DNA of 63,793 nucleotides, filler included, from Octopus bimaculoides (lineage: Eukaryota), in NCBI RefSeq assembly GCF_001194135.2. It is 9 parts of 9 records of this genome, joined end to end, with 100 filler letters (N's around TTAATTAATTAA, not from the genome) between each part and the next. Parts side by side here need not be neighbours in the genome. Positions count along the whole stretch, not along the records: positions 43,113 to 56,369 come from NC_068996.1; positions 56,470 to 59,668 come from NC_068985.1; positions 59,769 to 61,918 come from NW_026355513.1; positions 62,019 to 63,793 come from NC_068989.1; 5 more parts are not named here. One strand, written 5' to 3'. Of the stretch, positions 51,801-62,672 are shown piece by piece (positions within the stretch are counted from its first letter, which is position 1; each line of letters starts with the position of its first letter). The position numbers and the translations under genes are program-made. The notes under the pieces are model-generated. The model ran no database searches, was not told the DNA's origin, and was given only the letters and a program-made list of their open reading frames with translations.

Positions 51801-52640
51801 CAGCTTGAAGGATCTGTCTTGTGGTTCTTACCTGTGACATTTTAATATAATATCCGTTAGTACCATAGGTGTGACGTCTCAATGTCGAGGAGTAGCGGCT
51901 CGGCCTGGAGAAACTCCCTGATCTCCGGACTACGCACACAATCAAATAACTCCAGAGTCTCAAGTTACTCTCGAGTAACTGTTGAGTTACTTCAGAGATA
52001 TTCGGAGAAACCCCATTTTGAATGCTTGTACTCACGATCGTGCTCTTTCGGTCATTACTCAACATTCGTGACCATAGATCAGTGGTTCCAAGACATTTTC
52101 GAACTACTGCTCCCTTTGACACCCAGGTCACATTCTTAGCACCCCCACCCCAACTAACCAATCACAAACACAGACCTCTTTCTGAAGCAAATTCAAAGCA
52201 ACTGTATTTAACAAATAAAACTTAACCTAATGAACCCATTATTTTGTTGTTTTTACATGAATCGCCACCCCATTATCACCCCCACTTTTTACATGAATCA
52301 CTACCACATTATCGCCCCACTTTTCTTCAACGCCCCCTTGGAACTTTCCACAACCCCCTTGGAGGGGGGGCAATACCGCCCACTTTGGGCACCACTGCCA
52401 TAGATGAATGAGCATAAGCACAGAAACCAAATTGAAGATTTTGAAGAATTTGGCATTTTTACCAACCTCTCCTTTTCTATACATCGAGTGCTGGAGCTGG
52501 CACATTATAGTGCCAGCACCTGAAAGTCTAGCATCCAATTCTCTGCTTCCTATCACTTGTAGATACAAGATGCTTAAATTCCTTCACTTGTCTCAGAGAT
52601 GTTACACAAATATACACCGCAACATGCTAAAGCAATGATT
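51770..52640 (-). mobile_element. RTE-clade LINE C-terminal remnant split by a MITE
   Basis: ELDARLSGAG, IYGHEC*VMTERARS*VQAFKMGFLR and QILQAEPTGKRPRTR. Confidence 0.75.
52080..52397. mobile_element. hAT-type MITE with perfect 8-bp TSD
   Basis: TIRs cagtggttccaa / ttgggcaccactg; TSD ccatagat at 52072-52079 and 52398-52405. Confidence 0.9.
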
Positions 52641-53209
52641 TCTAGAAGTCATAATTTTCTCGAAACAGTTCTTTTAATTAGTTTTGACAACTCTTAAGTA
52701 ATACGTCTAAACAACCATAATACCTCCAATATGGTCCTTAAATAACTTTCGCGTTAAACTATAATTAGTTCTACTAATAATAATTCGCTTATGCAATTCC
52801 TCATAACATTGACGATGGTTTCAAATAATGGCACTTCACCATTCTTAAAGCAGGCATCAACTATGATAAATCATCGTAACAATTCCTGTCCCGTTCTGCC
52901 AAATGTCATATAAAAGCACACCATTTTGACTGATCAGGTGAAAGAAAAAAAAAAGACTAGAAAAAAGAAAAAAAGCAATAAAAGACAACACACGAATCTT
53001 AATTGGGGGTAAAAATTCCGGGCAACGACCTGGGTACGATAAGCATAACCCATTTATGTATGTATGTATGTATGTATGTATGTATGTATATGTGTATAAG
53101 TATGTATGTATGTATGTATGTGTATGTATGTATGTATGTGTGTGGTAGGTATGTGCATATGTGTGAAAAAGACAGCGAGAGGGAATGTGTACATGTGCCT
53201 CTGTGTGTG

Positions 53210-53241
<32 letters not shown>

Positions 53242-53705
53242 NNNNNNNNNNNNNNNNNNNNNNNNNNNNNNNNNNNNNNNNNNNNNNNNNNNNNNNNNNN
53301 NNNNNNNNNNNNNNNNNNNNNNNNNNNNNNNNNNNNNNNNNNNNNNNNNNNNNNNNNNNNNNNNNNNNNNNNNNNNNNNNNNNNNNNNNNNNNNNNNNNN
53401 NNNNNNNNNNNNNNNNNNNNNNNNNNNNNNNNNNNNNNNNNNNNNNNNNNNNNNNNNNNNNNNNNNNNNNNNNNNNNNNNNNNNNNNNNNNNNNNNNNNN
53501 NNNNNNNNNNNNNNNNNNNNNNNNNNNNNNNNNNNNNNNNNNNNNNNNNNNNNNNNNNNNNNNNNNNNNNNNNNNNNNNNNNNNNNNNNNNNNNNNNNNN
53601 NNNNNNNNNNNNNNNNNNNNNNNNNNNNNNNNNNNNNNNNNNNNNNNNNNNNNNNNNNNNNNNNNNNNNNNNNNNNNNNNNNNNNNNNNNNNNNNNNNNN
53701 NNNNN

Positions 53706-53737
<32 letters not shown>

Positions 53738-54096
53738 CAGAGAGAGCGAGAGAGAGAGAAAGAGAGAGAAAGACAAATACCTAAATACATACACTTGTAC
53801 TTAAATATATATCATGGTGTGTGTGTGTGTATGTATATACCTATATGTCTATGAATGTATGTGTGTGTGCGTGCGTGCGTGCGTGTCTGTTTGTGTGTAT
53901 GTGTCAGTATGTCTGTGTGTCTGTGTAATATATGAGCAGACACGCAATTAAATATTAAGTCTGAATCGTTATTTGTATATATATCAATATATATGTGTGT
54001 GCATATATATATATATATGTATGTATATACGCCCATATATACATACATTTATGCATATACATATACACATATACACACATACATATACATATGCAT

Positions 54097-54128
<32 letters not shown>

Positions 54129-54951
54129 CGTGCATGCTTGTATGCATATATATATATGTATGTATGTATGCGTTTATGCATGTATGTATGTGTGTATGCG
54201 TGTATGCATGTCTCTATATATGTATGCGTATATGTGTCTATGTATGTATGTGAAATCTTTACAGCATTGGATCATCCACATTTCTCTATTGTCGGTTGCC
54301 ATTTTTTTCTCAGGGTGGGGTTCTTGTGTTATTCACTTTTGTTTTGTTTTACTTTTTTCTTTTCTTTTTCTTCTTCTTTTTTTTCTTTTTCTTTTTCGTT
54401 TTTTTTTACTATTTTATCGCAGTCAATCTTGCAGACATCCTAACATGATTACATCACGAGTAGTAAGTTAATCAATAAGACCAAAAATATGCTTTGCCAA
54501 GCGTTTCAATAGAACAGCGTCAACCAACCCGAACGATCACTTGTATATTAAAACCGACCGACTAGGACGTTCCACGTTTTATTGTTAAAACATTATTAAA
54601 CATGAGCCTGTTCGAGGTGCCTTGTTGTTGCTCTTGTTGTTACTGTTGGTGGCAAGTAATGGTAGTGGTGATCGTTGTGATGGGGCAGATGTCGTTGTTG
54701 ATGTTGTTGTTGGTGGTGGTGGTGATGGTGGTGGTTGTATCTGAGGAGGTGGCTGCGATGGTGTGGAAGAATTCGAGCAGAGTTGTCGCTGTTAATATAA
54801 ACGCCTTGGTATTTGCGATATTTCGTTTTTGTCTCTTTGTATTCTCTGTTCGAATTCCAAATCTCCATGGTGCCAACGTTGCTTTTCATACTTGTAGAGT
54901 TGGTCAATGAAATAAAGTACCAGTCAAACACTGGGGATATAAAATATAGAC

Positions 54952-55000
<49 letters not shown>

Positions 55001-55001
<1 letters not shown>

Positions 55002-55535
55002 GAGTGAGAGAGCAGTGCATGCCATCAAAGTGACACTGGGGTAAAATATACGAAGCCCATTATACCCATCATGACTACCCGTCTGATAAGGGTACACCAG
55101 GCACATGCATCACAACCATATGTGCTCGACATGGTGATCTCATATCAAGATAAACAGCAAGTGGGACCCAGTTAGAATTTTCTTCAAGTCAAGTAGCCCA
55201 TCCCGCTCAAAACGTCTCTGAATAAGGTTTGTTTAAGGAAGTTGAACGAAACACCCATATTTCTAGAGGTGAATTATCCAAACCCTAAAGAATTCCTCTC
55301 AACACAAGGCTATGATGCTCCCCCACTACTTCTGCTCGTGATCAGAGATGCACATATCATCAGCCACCAAGGGACATGCTCAACTAGTTAAGGTCAAACA
55401 ACTGACAAGTAAATCTGTGGTACTGAGCAGAATATTTGCTGTAGTCCATCTTTTATATCAAGACAAAACAATGTACATGATAACACTTCCAATCAGGTCA
55501 GATCAGAAGCCATGAGAACCACTGTCTGGTACTGC
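55001..55535. mobile_element. ~530-bp interspersed repeat bounded by (ATT)n on both sides
   Basis: Recognised as a common octopus repeat from recall (tgagtgagagagcagtgcatgccatcaaag...ggtactgcatcaaggca); flanks seen directly. Confidence 0.55.
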
Positions 55536-55566
55536 ATCAAGGCAATTATTATTGTTGTTGTTGTTG

Positions 55567-55621
<55 letters not shown>

Positions 55622-55759
55622 GGCGACTTTGCCTTTCATCCTTTCGGGGTCGATAAATTAGGTACCAGTGAAGCATTGGGGTCAATGTAATCGACTTAAC
55701 CCCCTCCCCTCAAATTTCAGGCCTCGTGCCTAGAGTATAAAATATTATTATTATTGTTA

Positions 55760-56020
55760 TGGCTTAGTGTTTGGGGGTATTGCACTCAAGACCTAGCGTT
55801 CGTGATTTCAATTCCTATACCTGGTGGTGTTGTGTGTTTTTGAGCAAAACACTTCACCTCACATTGCTCTCCCTTTTACGACTGACACGTGGTACACCAT
55901 GCACCTGTTCAGACAACATCGATTTCATGGAGTGAGTGGGCTAATGTGCTGCACAAACATTGGATCACCATAAACAAATCATTTGTGCAGGTAATTCAGC
56001 AATGGATGAACACTCATACG
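55760..56020 (+). mobile_element. tRNA-headed SINE
   Basis: ttgagcaaaacacttcacctcacattgctc core; counterpart of 18870-19295. Confidence 0.65.
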
Positions 56021-56039
56021 TCGACTTCGACGAGAGAGT

Positions 56040-56369
56040 CCGAGCTGGCAGAGATGTTAGCACGCCGGGCGAAATGCTTAGTGGTATTTCGTTTGTCTTT
56101 ACATTCTGAGTTCAAATTCCGCCGCGGTCGACTTTGCCTTTCATCCTTTCGGGGTCGATAAATTAAATGCTAGTGAAACAGCCAATGTAATCGACTCATT
56201 CCCTTCCCCAAAATGGCTGCCCTTGAGGCAAAATTTGAAACCATTACTATTATTACTATTATTACTATTATTATTAAGGCTGCGAGCTGACTGAATCATT
56301 GGCACGCTGGGCGAAATGCTTTGCGTTATTTCGTCTGCCGCTACATTCTGAGTTCAAATTCCACCGAGG
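56040..56369 (+). mobile_element. SINE family 2, two tandem copies
   Basis: Heads at 56040 and 56278. Confidence 0.85.
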
Positions 56370-56470
56370 NNNNNNNNNNNNNNNNNNNNNNNNNNNNNNN
56401 NNNNNNNNNNNNNTTAATTAATTAANNNNNNNNNNNNNNNNNNNNNNNNNNNNNNNNNNNNNNNNNNNNG

Positions 56471-57205
56471 ACCCATGCAGATATGAATGCACTGAGGAAG
56501 GCTTTACAAGCTTACGAAGACGATAAAAGTGCCAATGGATATCAGCAAGTAGCTGCTTTCCACGGTTCCACACAATGGTGTCCTAGCCCTGATGCTGCAG
56601 TCAAATATGCTTGCTGTCACCACGGAATGGCAACATTCCCTCATTGGCATAGATTGTTGACTATCAACTTTGAAAATGGTCTGCGACGAAATGGTTACCA
56701 GAATGGTATTCCTTACTGGGATTGGACTCGCCCAATTTCGGAACTGCCCGCTCTGGTGAAAGAAGAAACATATGTTGATGAAAATGGGGAAACTCACCCG
56801 AATCCATTCTTTAGTGGCGTTATTGATGAAGCTGGTGCTCAAACCACTCGAGCTCCTAATCCAACCCTATTTGTTCAACCGCCTTTCGGAGAATTCACTC
56901 CCTTGGCAAATGAAGTTATGTACGCTTTAGAACAAGAAGATTTTTGTTCGTTCGAAGTACAATTCGAAATTGCTCATAATCACATCCATGCACTTGTTGG
57001 AGGCGGAGAACAGTATTCTATGTCATCACTTGAATACACAGCTTACGATCCTATTTTCTTACTTCATCATTCAAATGTTGATAGAATTTGGGCCACTTGG
57101 CAAGCTCTGCAAAAGTTCCGGGGACATCGATACAACAGTGCTAACTGTGCTATTGAAACTCTCCGCAAACCAATGTCTCCTTTCAGTCTCACCAGTGACA
57201 TCAAT
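56471..57205 (+). CDS. Molluscan hemocyanin, functional unit c, N-terminal two-thirds (partial; both ends at gaps)
   Basis: Uninterrupted THADMNALRKALQAYEDD...AAFHG..WCP..CCHHGMATFPHWHR (CuA) ... EIAHNHIHALVGG...LHHSNVDRIW (CuB)...SPFSLTSDIN; matches recalled E. dofleini FU-c (DADMNALRKALQAYEDD). Confidence 0.95.
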
Positions 57206-57305
57206 NNNNNNNNNNNNNNNNNNNNNNNNNNNNNNNNNNNNNNNNNNNNNNNNNNNNNNNNNNNNNNNNNNNNNNNNNNNNNNNNNNNNNNNNNNNNNNN
57301 NNNNN

Positions 57306-57330
57306 ATTCCAGCTCGTGACTTTAAAGATG
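57306..57330 (+). CDS. Hemocyanin, last residues of FU-a before the linker intron
   Basis: IPARDFKD + G then gtgagt; recalled E. dofleini a/b junction is IPHNFKD-ADMVVVDKTG; phase-1 intron 57331-58112. Confidence 0.85.
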
Positions 57331-58112
57331 GTGAGTAATAATACTTTATATATTTTGAGAATTTTGAGAATTATATCAGGGACGTTTATATTGCCGTAAA
57401 CAGTGATTCCAAATGAATCTCCATTTACATTCTAAACATAAAACTGAGTCACCAAATACCCATTGGGTTCATCGTCACACATTAAGATATTTCCAAATGG
57501 GAGATTCTTTTCGGATAATACAACGAGATCGCATTATAGATGCAGAATAATTAAATTAGGATCGTCAGAACAACAGCATCCCTTAGAATCACTGGCTTAA
57601 ATTTCATATTTATTTCATTTACTCCTTTTCAACAGCTATTCCTTATTTTAAAAAAAAACTGTCCAGTTTTCCGCCAAATTTTGGACTTTATCTCCGTCTG
57701 TTAGTAACAATAATTCTGTATTATAAAATATGTAAATCTTTCGGTTTAATACACGACAAAATATGTTGCAACGGACTTACATGGAAGTTAACCTGTAAAA
57801 CACCAATTGTAGTATGAAAGTTAATAGATATAAAATGATACTTTCTTCAACATATGTTTTTAATTTTTCTTGACAACTTAAAAGCATTCTAAAATATATG
57901 TTTAACTTATATAATGTTTCTCCCTAGCGTCTTATTATATTGTATATGACTTAAATTATTATCAAGAGAGGTCTCTTAAAGTGACGTAATTTCATACACA
58001 GACATAACTGCATACACTAAACGGCCAGAGTATTAAAGCCATGTCCTAAAATTCATAAAGAACATATTGTATTGTGTATTTTTCAAAGGTTATCACTTTG
58101 ACTTTTTTATAG

Positions 58113-58575
58113 CTGAAATGGCACCAGTCGATAAAACTGGTTTAACCGTCCGTAAAGATCTTCGTAGTTTGACGACAGAGGAAGAGTATGAACTGAGAGT
58201 TGCCATGGAACGTTTCATGGATGATAAATCCATTGACGGTTACCAAGCCTTAGCTGAATTCCATGGTCTTCCAGCCAAATGTCCAGAACCTGATGCTATC
58301 GACCGTGTTGCATGCTGTATTCATGGAATGTCCACTTTCCCACACTGGCACAGACTTGTTGTCATGCAGTTTGAAGATGCTCTTATTGCCCGTGGATCCC
58401 ACATAGGTGTTCCTTATTGGGACTGGACGAAACCTAGCTCAGAATTGCCACCTCTGGTTGCTGCTGAAACATATGAAAATCTTTATACAAAAGAAGTAAG
58501 ACCAAATCCTTTCTTCCATGCACCAGTCGAGTTTTTGCACAGTGATGTTTTTACTACAAGAAGCATTGATGCAAG
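58113..58575 (+). CDS. Hemocyanin FU-b, exon 1
   Basis: Acceptor ttttttatag; AEMAPVDKTGLTVRKDLRSLTTEEEYELRVAMERFMDD..EFHGLPAKCP..CCIHGMSTFPHWHR..PYWDW..SIDA-R; donor AG|gtttgt at 58576. Confidence 0.95.
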
Positions 58576-59315
58576 GTTTGTAAGTTTCATAATATTCTAA
58601 ATATTGTATCTTGAAGTAGCTTCATTCGAAATTTAACAATAAACCTTATTTGTCATCCTCTTCCAAACCTAATTTAATTAACAATTAGTTGTACAGCGTT
58701 TCATCATCAATCACACAGAAACCTTTACGATATCTATAATTACAAAGGTAACAGCTAGGGCCACATGACGTTTTCAAGCTAGTAGATGTCTTCAAATAAA
58801 TCATTGGAATTTTGTTATTGTTAAATGTATAAATGTTAGGTTTGAATTTTTAATTTAATTTCTTCATCAATCACACAGAAACCTTTACGGTATCTATAAT
58901 TACAAAGAGTCACATATTTTCAAATTTTTCCAGTAACATAAAAATATATGTTACTGAAACTACTTCCTTAAAACTTTTGTAGTATCATTCAAACACTATA
59001 ATATATACTTTTCACCCGGGAGAGTATCTTTATTACTATTAAATGTATAACTGTTTCGTCTGAATTTTAAATTTAATAGAAAATTTAAATGTTCCTATCT
59101 GTTTGCGTCTCAATTCCTCATATTTAATAAACACCGTTGAGAAACTCGCAAAAGATGGCGCTAATTCCTTCTAAATAGATGTTAAATTAAATACCGGTCA
59201 GAAATATAAAGCCCTATATGTGTTGTATAAGTTGTATTTTAGTTATCATTTGTGTATGAATCTATGGAATTGATTCATTTTATATTTCTGCTCTGTTTTT
59301 ATTCCAATTGATTAG

Positions 59316-59668
59316 ATTGTTTGAGAAACCAACAAAAGGACATCACGGATATCTCTATGATGGTATGATGTTAGCCTTCGAACAAGAAGATTTCTGTGAT
59401 TTCGAAGTGCAGTTTGAAGTTACCCATAACGCAGTTCATGCTTGGGTTGGTGGCAATGAACCTTATTCTATGTCGTCTTTGCATTACACGTCATTTGATC
59501 CCCTCTTCTGGCTGCATCATTCACAAGTTGATAGATTGTGGGCAGTATGGCAAGCATTGCAGATCCATCGTGGAAAACCCTACAAACCATACTGCGCTCT
59601 TTCAGAGGTCCATCGTCCTTTGAAACCATTTGCCTTCGAACCACCACTGAATAACAACAAACATACAT
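59316..59668 (+). CDS. Hemocyanin FU-b, exon 2 (partial, ends at spacer)
   Basis: Acceptor ccaattgattag; A completes R, then LFEKPTKGHHGYLYDG..EVTHNAVHAWVGG..LHHSQVDRLW..NNNKHT; phase-2 intron 58576-59315. Confidence 0.95.
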
Positions 59669-60022
59669 NNNNNNNNNNNNNNNNNNNNNNNNNNNNNNNN
59701 NNNNNNNNNNNNTTAATTAATTAANNNNNNNNNNNNNNNNNNNNNNNNNNNNNNNNNNNNNNNNNNNNGTGGGACTGAACCCGGAACCATGTGGTTCATA
59801 AGCAAGCCACTTACCACACAATGTTGCAATGGCAGTGTGGTTAAGAGGTTTGCTTAGTAGCAACATGATTTCAGGTTCGGTCCCATTGCATAGCATCTTG
59901 GGCAAGAGGATGGTAACAAGCTGGTACCTTTTGCACAGATACGTGGATGTGGGGTTGCAACATACTCAGGCAGGTATTGCTACAACAGTCAAACTGCTTC
60001 AAACTGCTTCATTTATTTCTAA

Positions 60023-60216
60023 TAGGGATAGCAGTCAAAACTTGACTCTAAAACCACACCAAGTATTCATACAGCACCAGGAGAAAAGACAGATAGACAA
60101 ATAAGCTAGGAAAAAATTATTGGAGTTTGCTAGTTTATTTGTTTATCTGTCTTTTCTCCTAGTGCTGTATGAATACTTGGTGTGGTTTTAGAGCCAAGTT
60201 TTGACTGCTATCTCTA
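60023..60216. repeat. 87-bp inverted repeat with 20-nt spacer (foldback/MITE-like)
   Basis: Arms 60023-60109 and 60130-60216, 82/87 complementary, no gaps; TA at both outer ends. Confidence 0.9.
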
Positions 60217-60290
60217 GTATGGTGGTATCTTTTAGATACCCTTAATTATAATTTTAATAATAATTATTACCTATAAGGTTTTGGCTGGTT

Positions 60291-60331
<41 letters not shown>

Positions 60332-61410
60332 NNNNNNNNNNNNNNNNNNNNNNNNNNNNNNNNNNNNNNNNNNNNNNNNNNNNNNNNNNNNNNNNNNNNN
60401 NNNNNNNNNNNNNNNNNNNNNNNNNNNNNNNNNNNNNNNNNNNNNNNNNNNNNNNNNNNNNNNNNNNNNNNNNNNNNNNNNNNNNNNNNNNNNNNNNNNN
60501 NNNNNNNNNNNNNNNNNNNNNNNNNNNNNNNNNNNNNNNNNNNNNNNNNNNNNNNNNNNNNNNNNNNNNNNNNNNNNNNNNNNNNNNNNNNNNNNNNNNN
60601 NNNNNNNNNNNNNNNNNNNNNNNNNNNNNNNNNNNNNNNNNNNNNNNNNNNNNNNNNNNNNNNNNNNNNNNNNNNNNNNNNNNNNNNNNNNNNNNNNNNN
60701 NNNNNNNNNNNNNNNNNNNNNNNNNNNNNNNNNNNNNNNNNNNNNNNNNNNNNNNNNNNNNNNNNNNNNNNNNNNNNNNNNNNNNNNNNNNNNNNNNNNN
60801 NNNNNNNNNNNNNNNNNNNNNNNNNNNNNNNNNNNNNNNNNNNNNNNNNNNNNNNNNNNNNNNNNNNNNNNNNNNNNNNNNNNNNNNNNNNNNNNNNNNN
60901 NNNNNNNNNNNNNNNNNNNNNNNNNNNNNNNNNNNNNNNNNNNNNNNNNNNNNNNNNNNNNNNNNNNNNNNNNNNNNNNNNNNNNNNNNNNNNNNNNNNN
61001 NNNNNNNNNNNNNNNNNNNNNNNNNNNNNNNNNNNNNNNNNNNNNNNNNNNNNNNNNNNNNNNNNNNNNNNNNNNNNNNNNNNNNNNNNNNNNNNNNNNN
61101 NNNNNNNNNNNNNNNNNNNNNNNNNNNNNNNNNNNNNNNNNNNNNNNNNNNNNNNNNNNNNNNNNNNNNNNNNNNNNNNNNNNNNNNNNNNNNNNNNNNN
61201 NNNNNNNNNNNNNNNNNNNNNNNNNNNNNNNNNNNNNNNNNNNNNNNNNNNNNNNNNNNNNNNATCAGAGAGCAGCGTCTCATTTTGCACCTCCTCTCCT
61301 CCCATGACTTCCCTTTAAGAAAGCCTGCAAAGGGACCATGCATCCTGACCCCTTCTTTCTTCCTTCAGTATAAAACATACATAAATAAAACATGTAAAAG
61401 CCATACTTAC

Positions 61411-61504
61411 ATTTCGTAGACGGAGTAATCTACCACCACCAGGAGTTGAACTAGCAATTCATGGACTCCTCTCTTCCGCCTGCCCTTTGACTCAACCTCA
61501 GCCA

Positions 61505-61548
<44 letters not shown>

Positions 61549-61774
61549 TCTGCTACCGGTGCTACTGCTGCTGGGGACGGTGCCGTGGGTGATGGAGATA
61601 GTTTTGATGTTGGTGAAGACGAAAATACTGTTGTTGTTGTTGTTGATGGTGATGATGCAGTCACTGCTGACGGTGGTGGTGGTCGTCGTGGTCGTCGTGA
61701 CGATGAAGATGGGGATGCTGATTGTGATGGTGAGTCCTCTAGTTGGGTGGCCACCCTGCTCCTTTTCACATCTG
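61411..61774 (-). CDS. Probable exon of an M12B/ADAMTS-like metalloprotease (prodomain end and start of catalytic domain)
   Basis: Acceptor ctctctcattcag (NAGNAG), 364 nt open, donor AT|gtaagt at 61410; ends GRRKRGVHELLVQLLVVVDYSVYE, i.e. furin site plus the ELLVVVD first strand of reprolysin domains. Confidence 0.65.
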
Positions 61775-62018
61775 CTGAATGAGAGAGATAAGAAAGTCTT
61801 GGTAAATTGCTGTATATTGTGTATAGATATGTGTACATGTAGGTGTTATGTATATATGTATGTACATGTGTGTGTGTGTATGTATATATGTATATATATA
61901 TATATACATATATATATANNNNNNNNNNNNNNNNNNNNNNNNNNNNNNNNNNNNNNNNNNNNTTAATTAATTAANNNNNNNNNNNNNNNNNNNNNNNNNN
62001 NNNNNNNNNNNNNNNNNN

Positions 62019-62398
62019 CATGTTATAGGCCGGTAGTTTTTTGGGTCTTTGGTTTCGTTATTTTTGGGGAGGAGGTAAGTAATACCTTTTGCCATCCAAT
62101 GGGGAGTTCTTTCTGGGTCTTTCATAATACTATTAAATAGTATTACTAACATTTTGTGTGCGGACGAGAGTGATGAGAGCCAGAAATTTGGTACTCTATC
62201 AGTACCAGGAGATTTCTACTTATGAGCCTTCGTTAGTGCCCTCCTTAGGTCGGCGATTGAGATGTCTTCCCATACCTGTTCTTGTAGATTTTTGTAGGCA
62301 TCTTGGGTGCGTTTGATCCAGTCTGCATTTTCATTGTATGGTTTCTCATCACTCCAGATCCCTTTTCAAAAGTTTTCAACTTCTTCCATTAGGGGTGG

Positions 62399-62400
<2 letters not shown>
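62019..62400 (-). mobile_element. R4/Dong-clade RT remnant, 5'-truncated at (TAA)n
   Basis: EEVENF*KGIWSDEKPYNENADWI...SPGTDRVPNFWL...GITYLLPKNNETKDPKNYRPIT. Confidence 0.85.
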
Positions 62401-62432
<32 letters not shown>

Positions 62433-62672
62433 TTAGTGTCCTTTGTCTAAGCTCTTTCGTTTTACATCCTGTGACCTTCAACGACACTTTATCCCACGTG
62501 TCTCCTCTTGTGTCCATTATGGACTAGGCAAAACGAGAGGAAACACGTGGGATAAAACGCAGAAGTGGTCATAGACTGTGTGGACGAAAGAGCTTTGACA
62601 GGAAGCAACAACAACAACAACAACAACAACAAAATAATAATAATAATAAAGCTGAAGTGAAGACCAAACATA

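Noticed and set aside
61264-61326. Next exon of the metalloprotease after ccctttgcag
   Set aside because: Joining in the required phase gives ATG CTT TCT TAA, an immediate stop; the real next exon is probably in or beyond the gap.
5647-61774. Lectin, receptor, hemocyanin and protease as a functional gene cluster
   Set aside because: Each lies on a different piece separated by artificial spacers.
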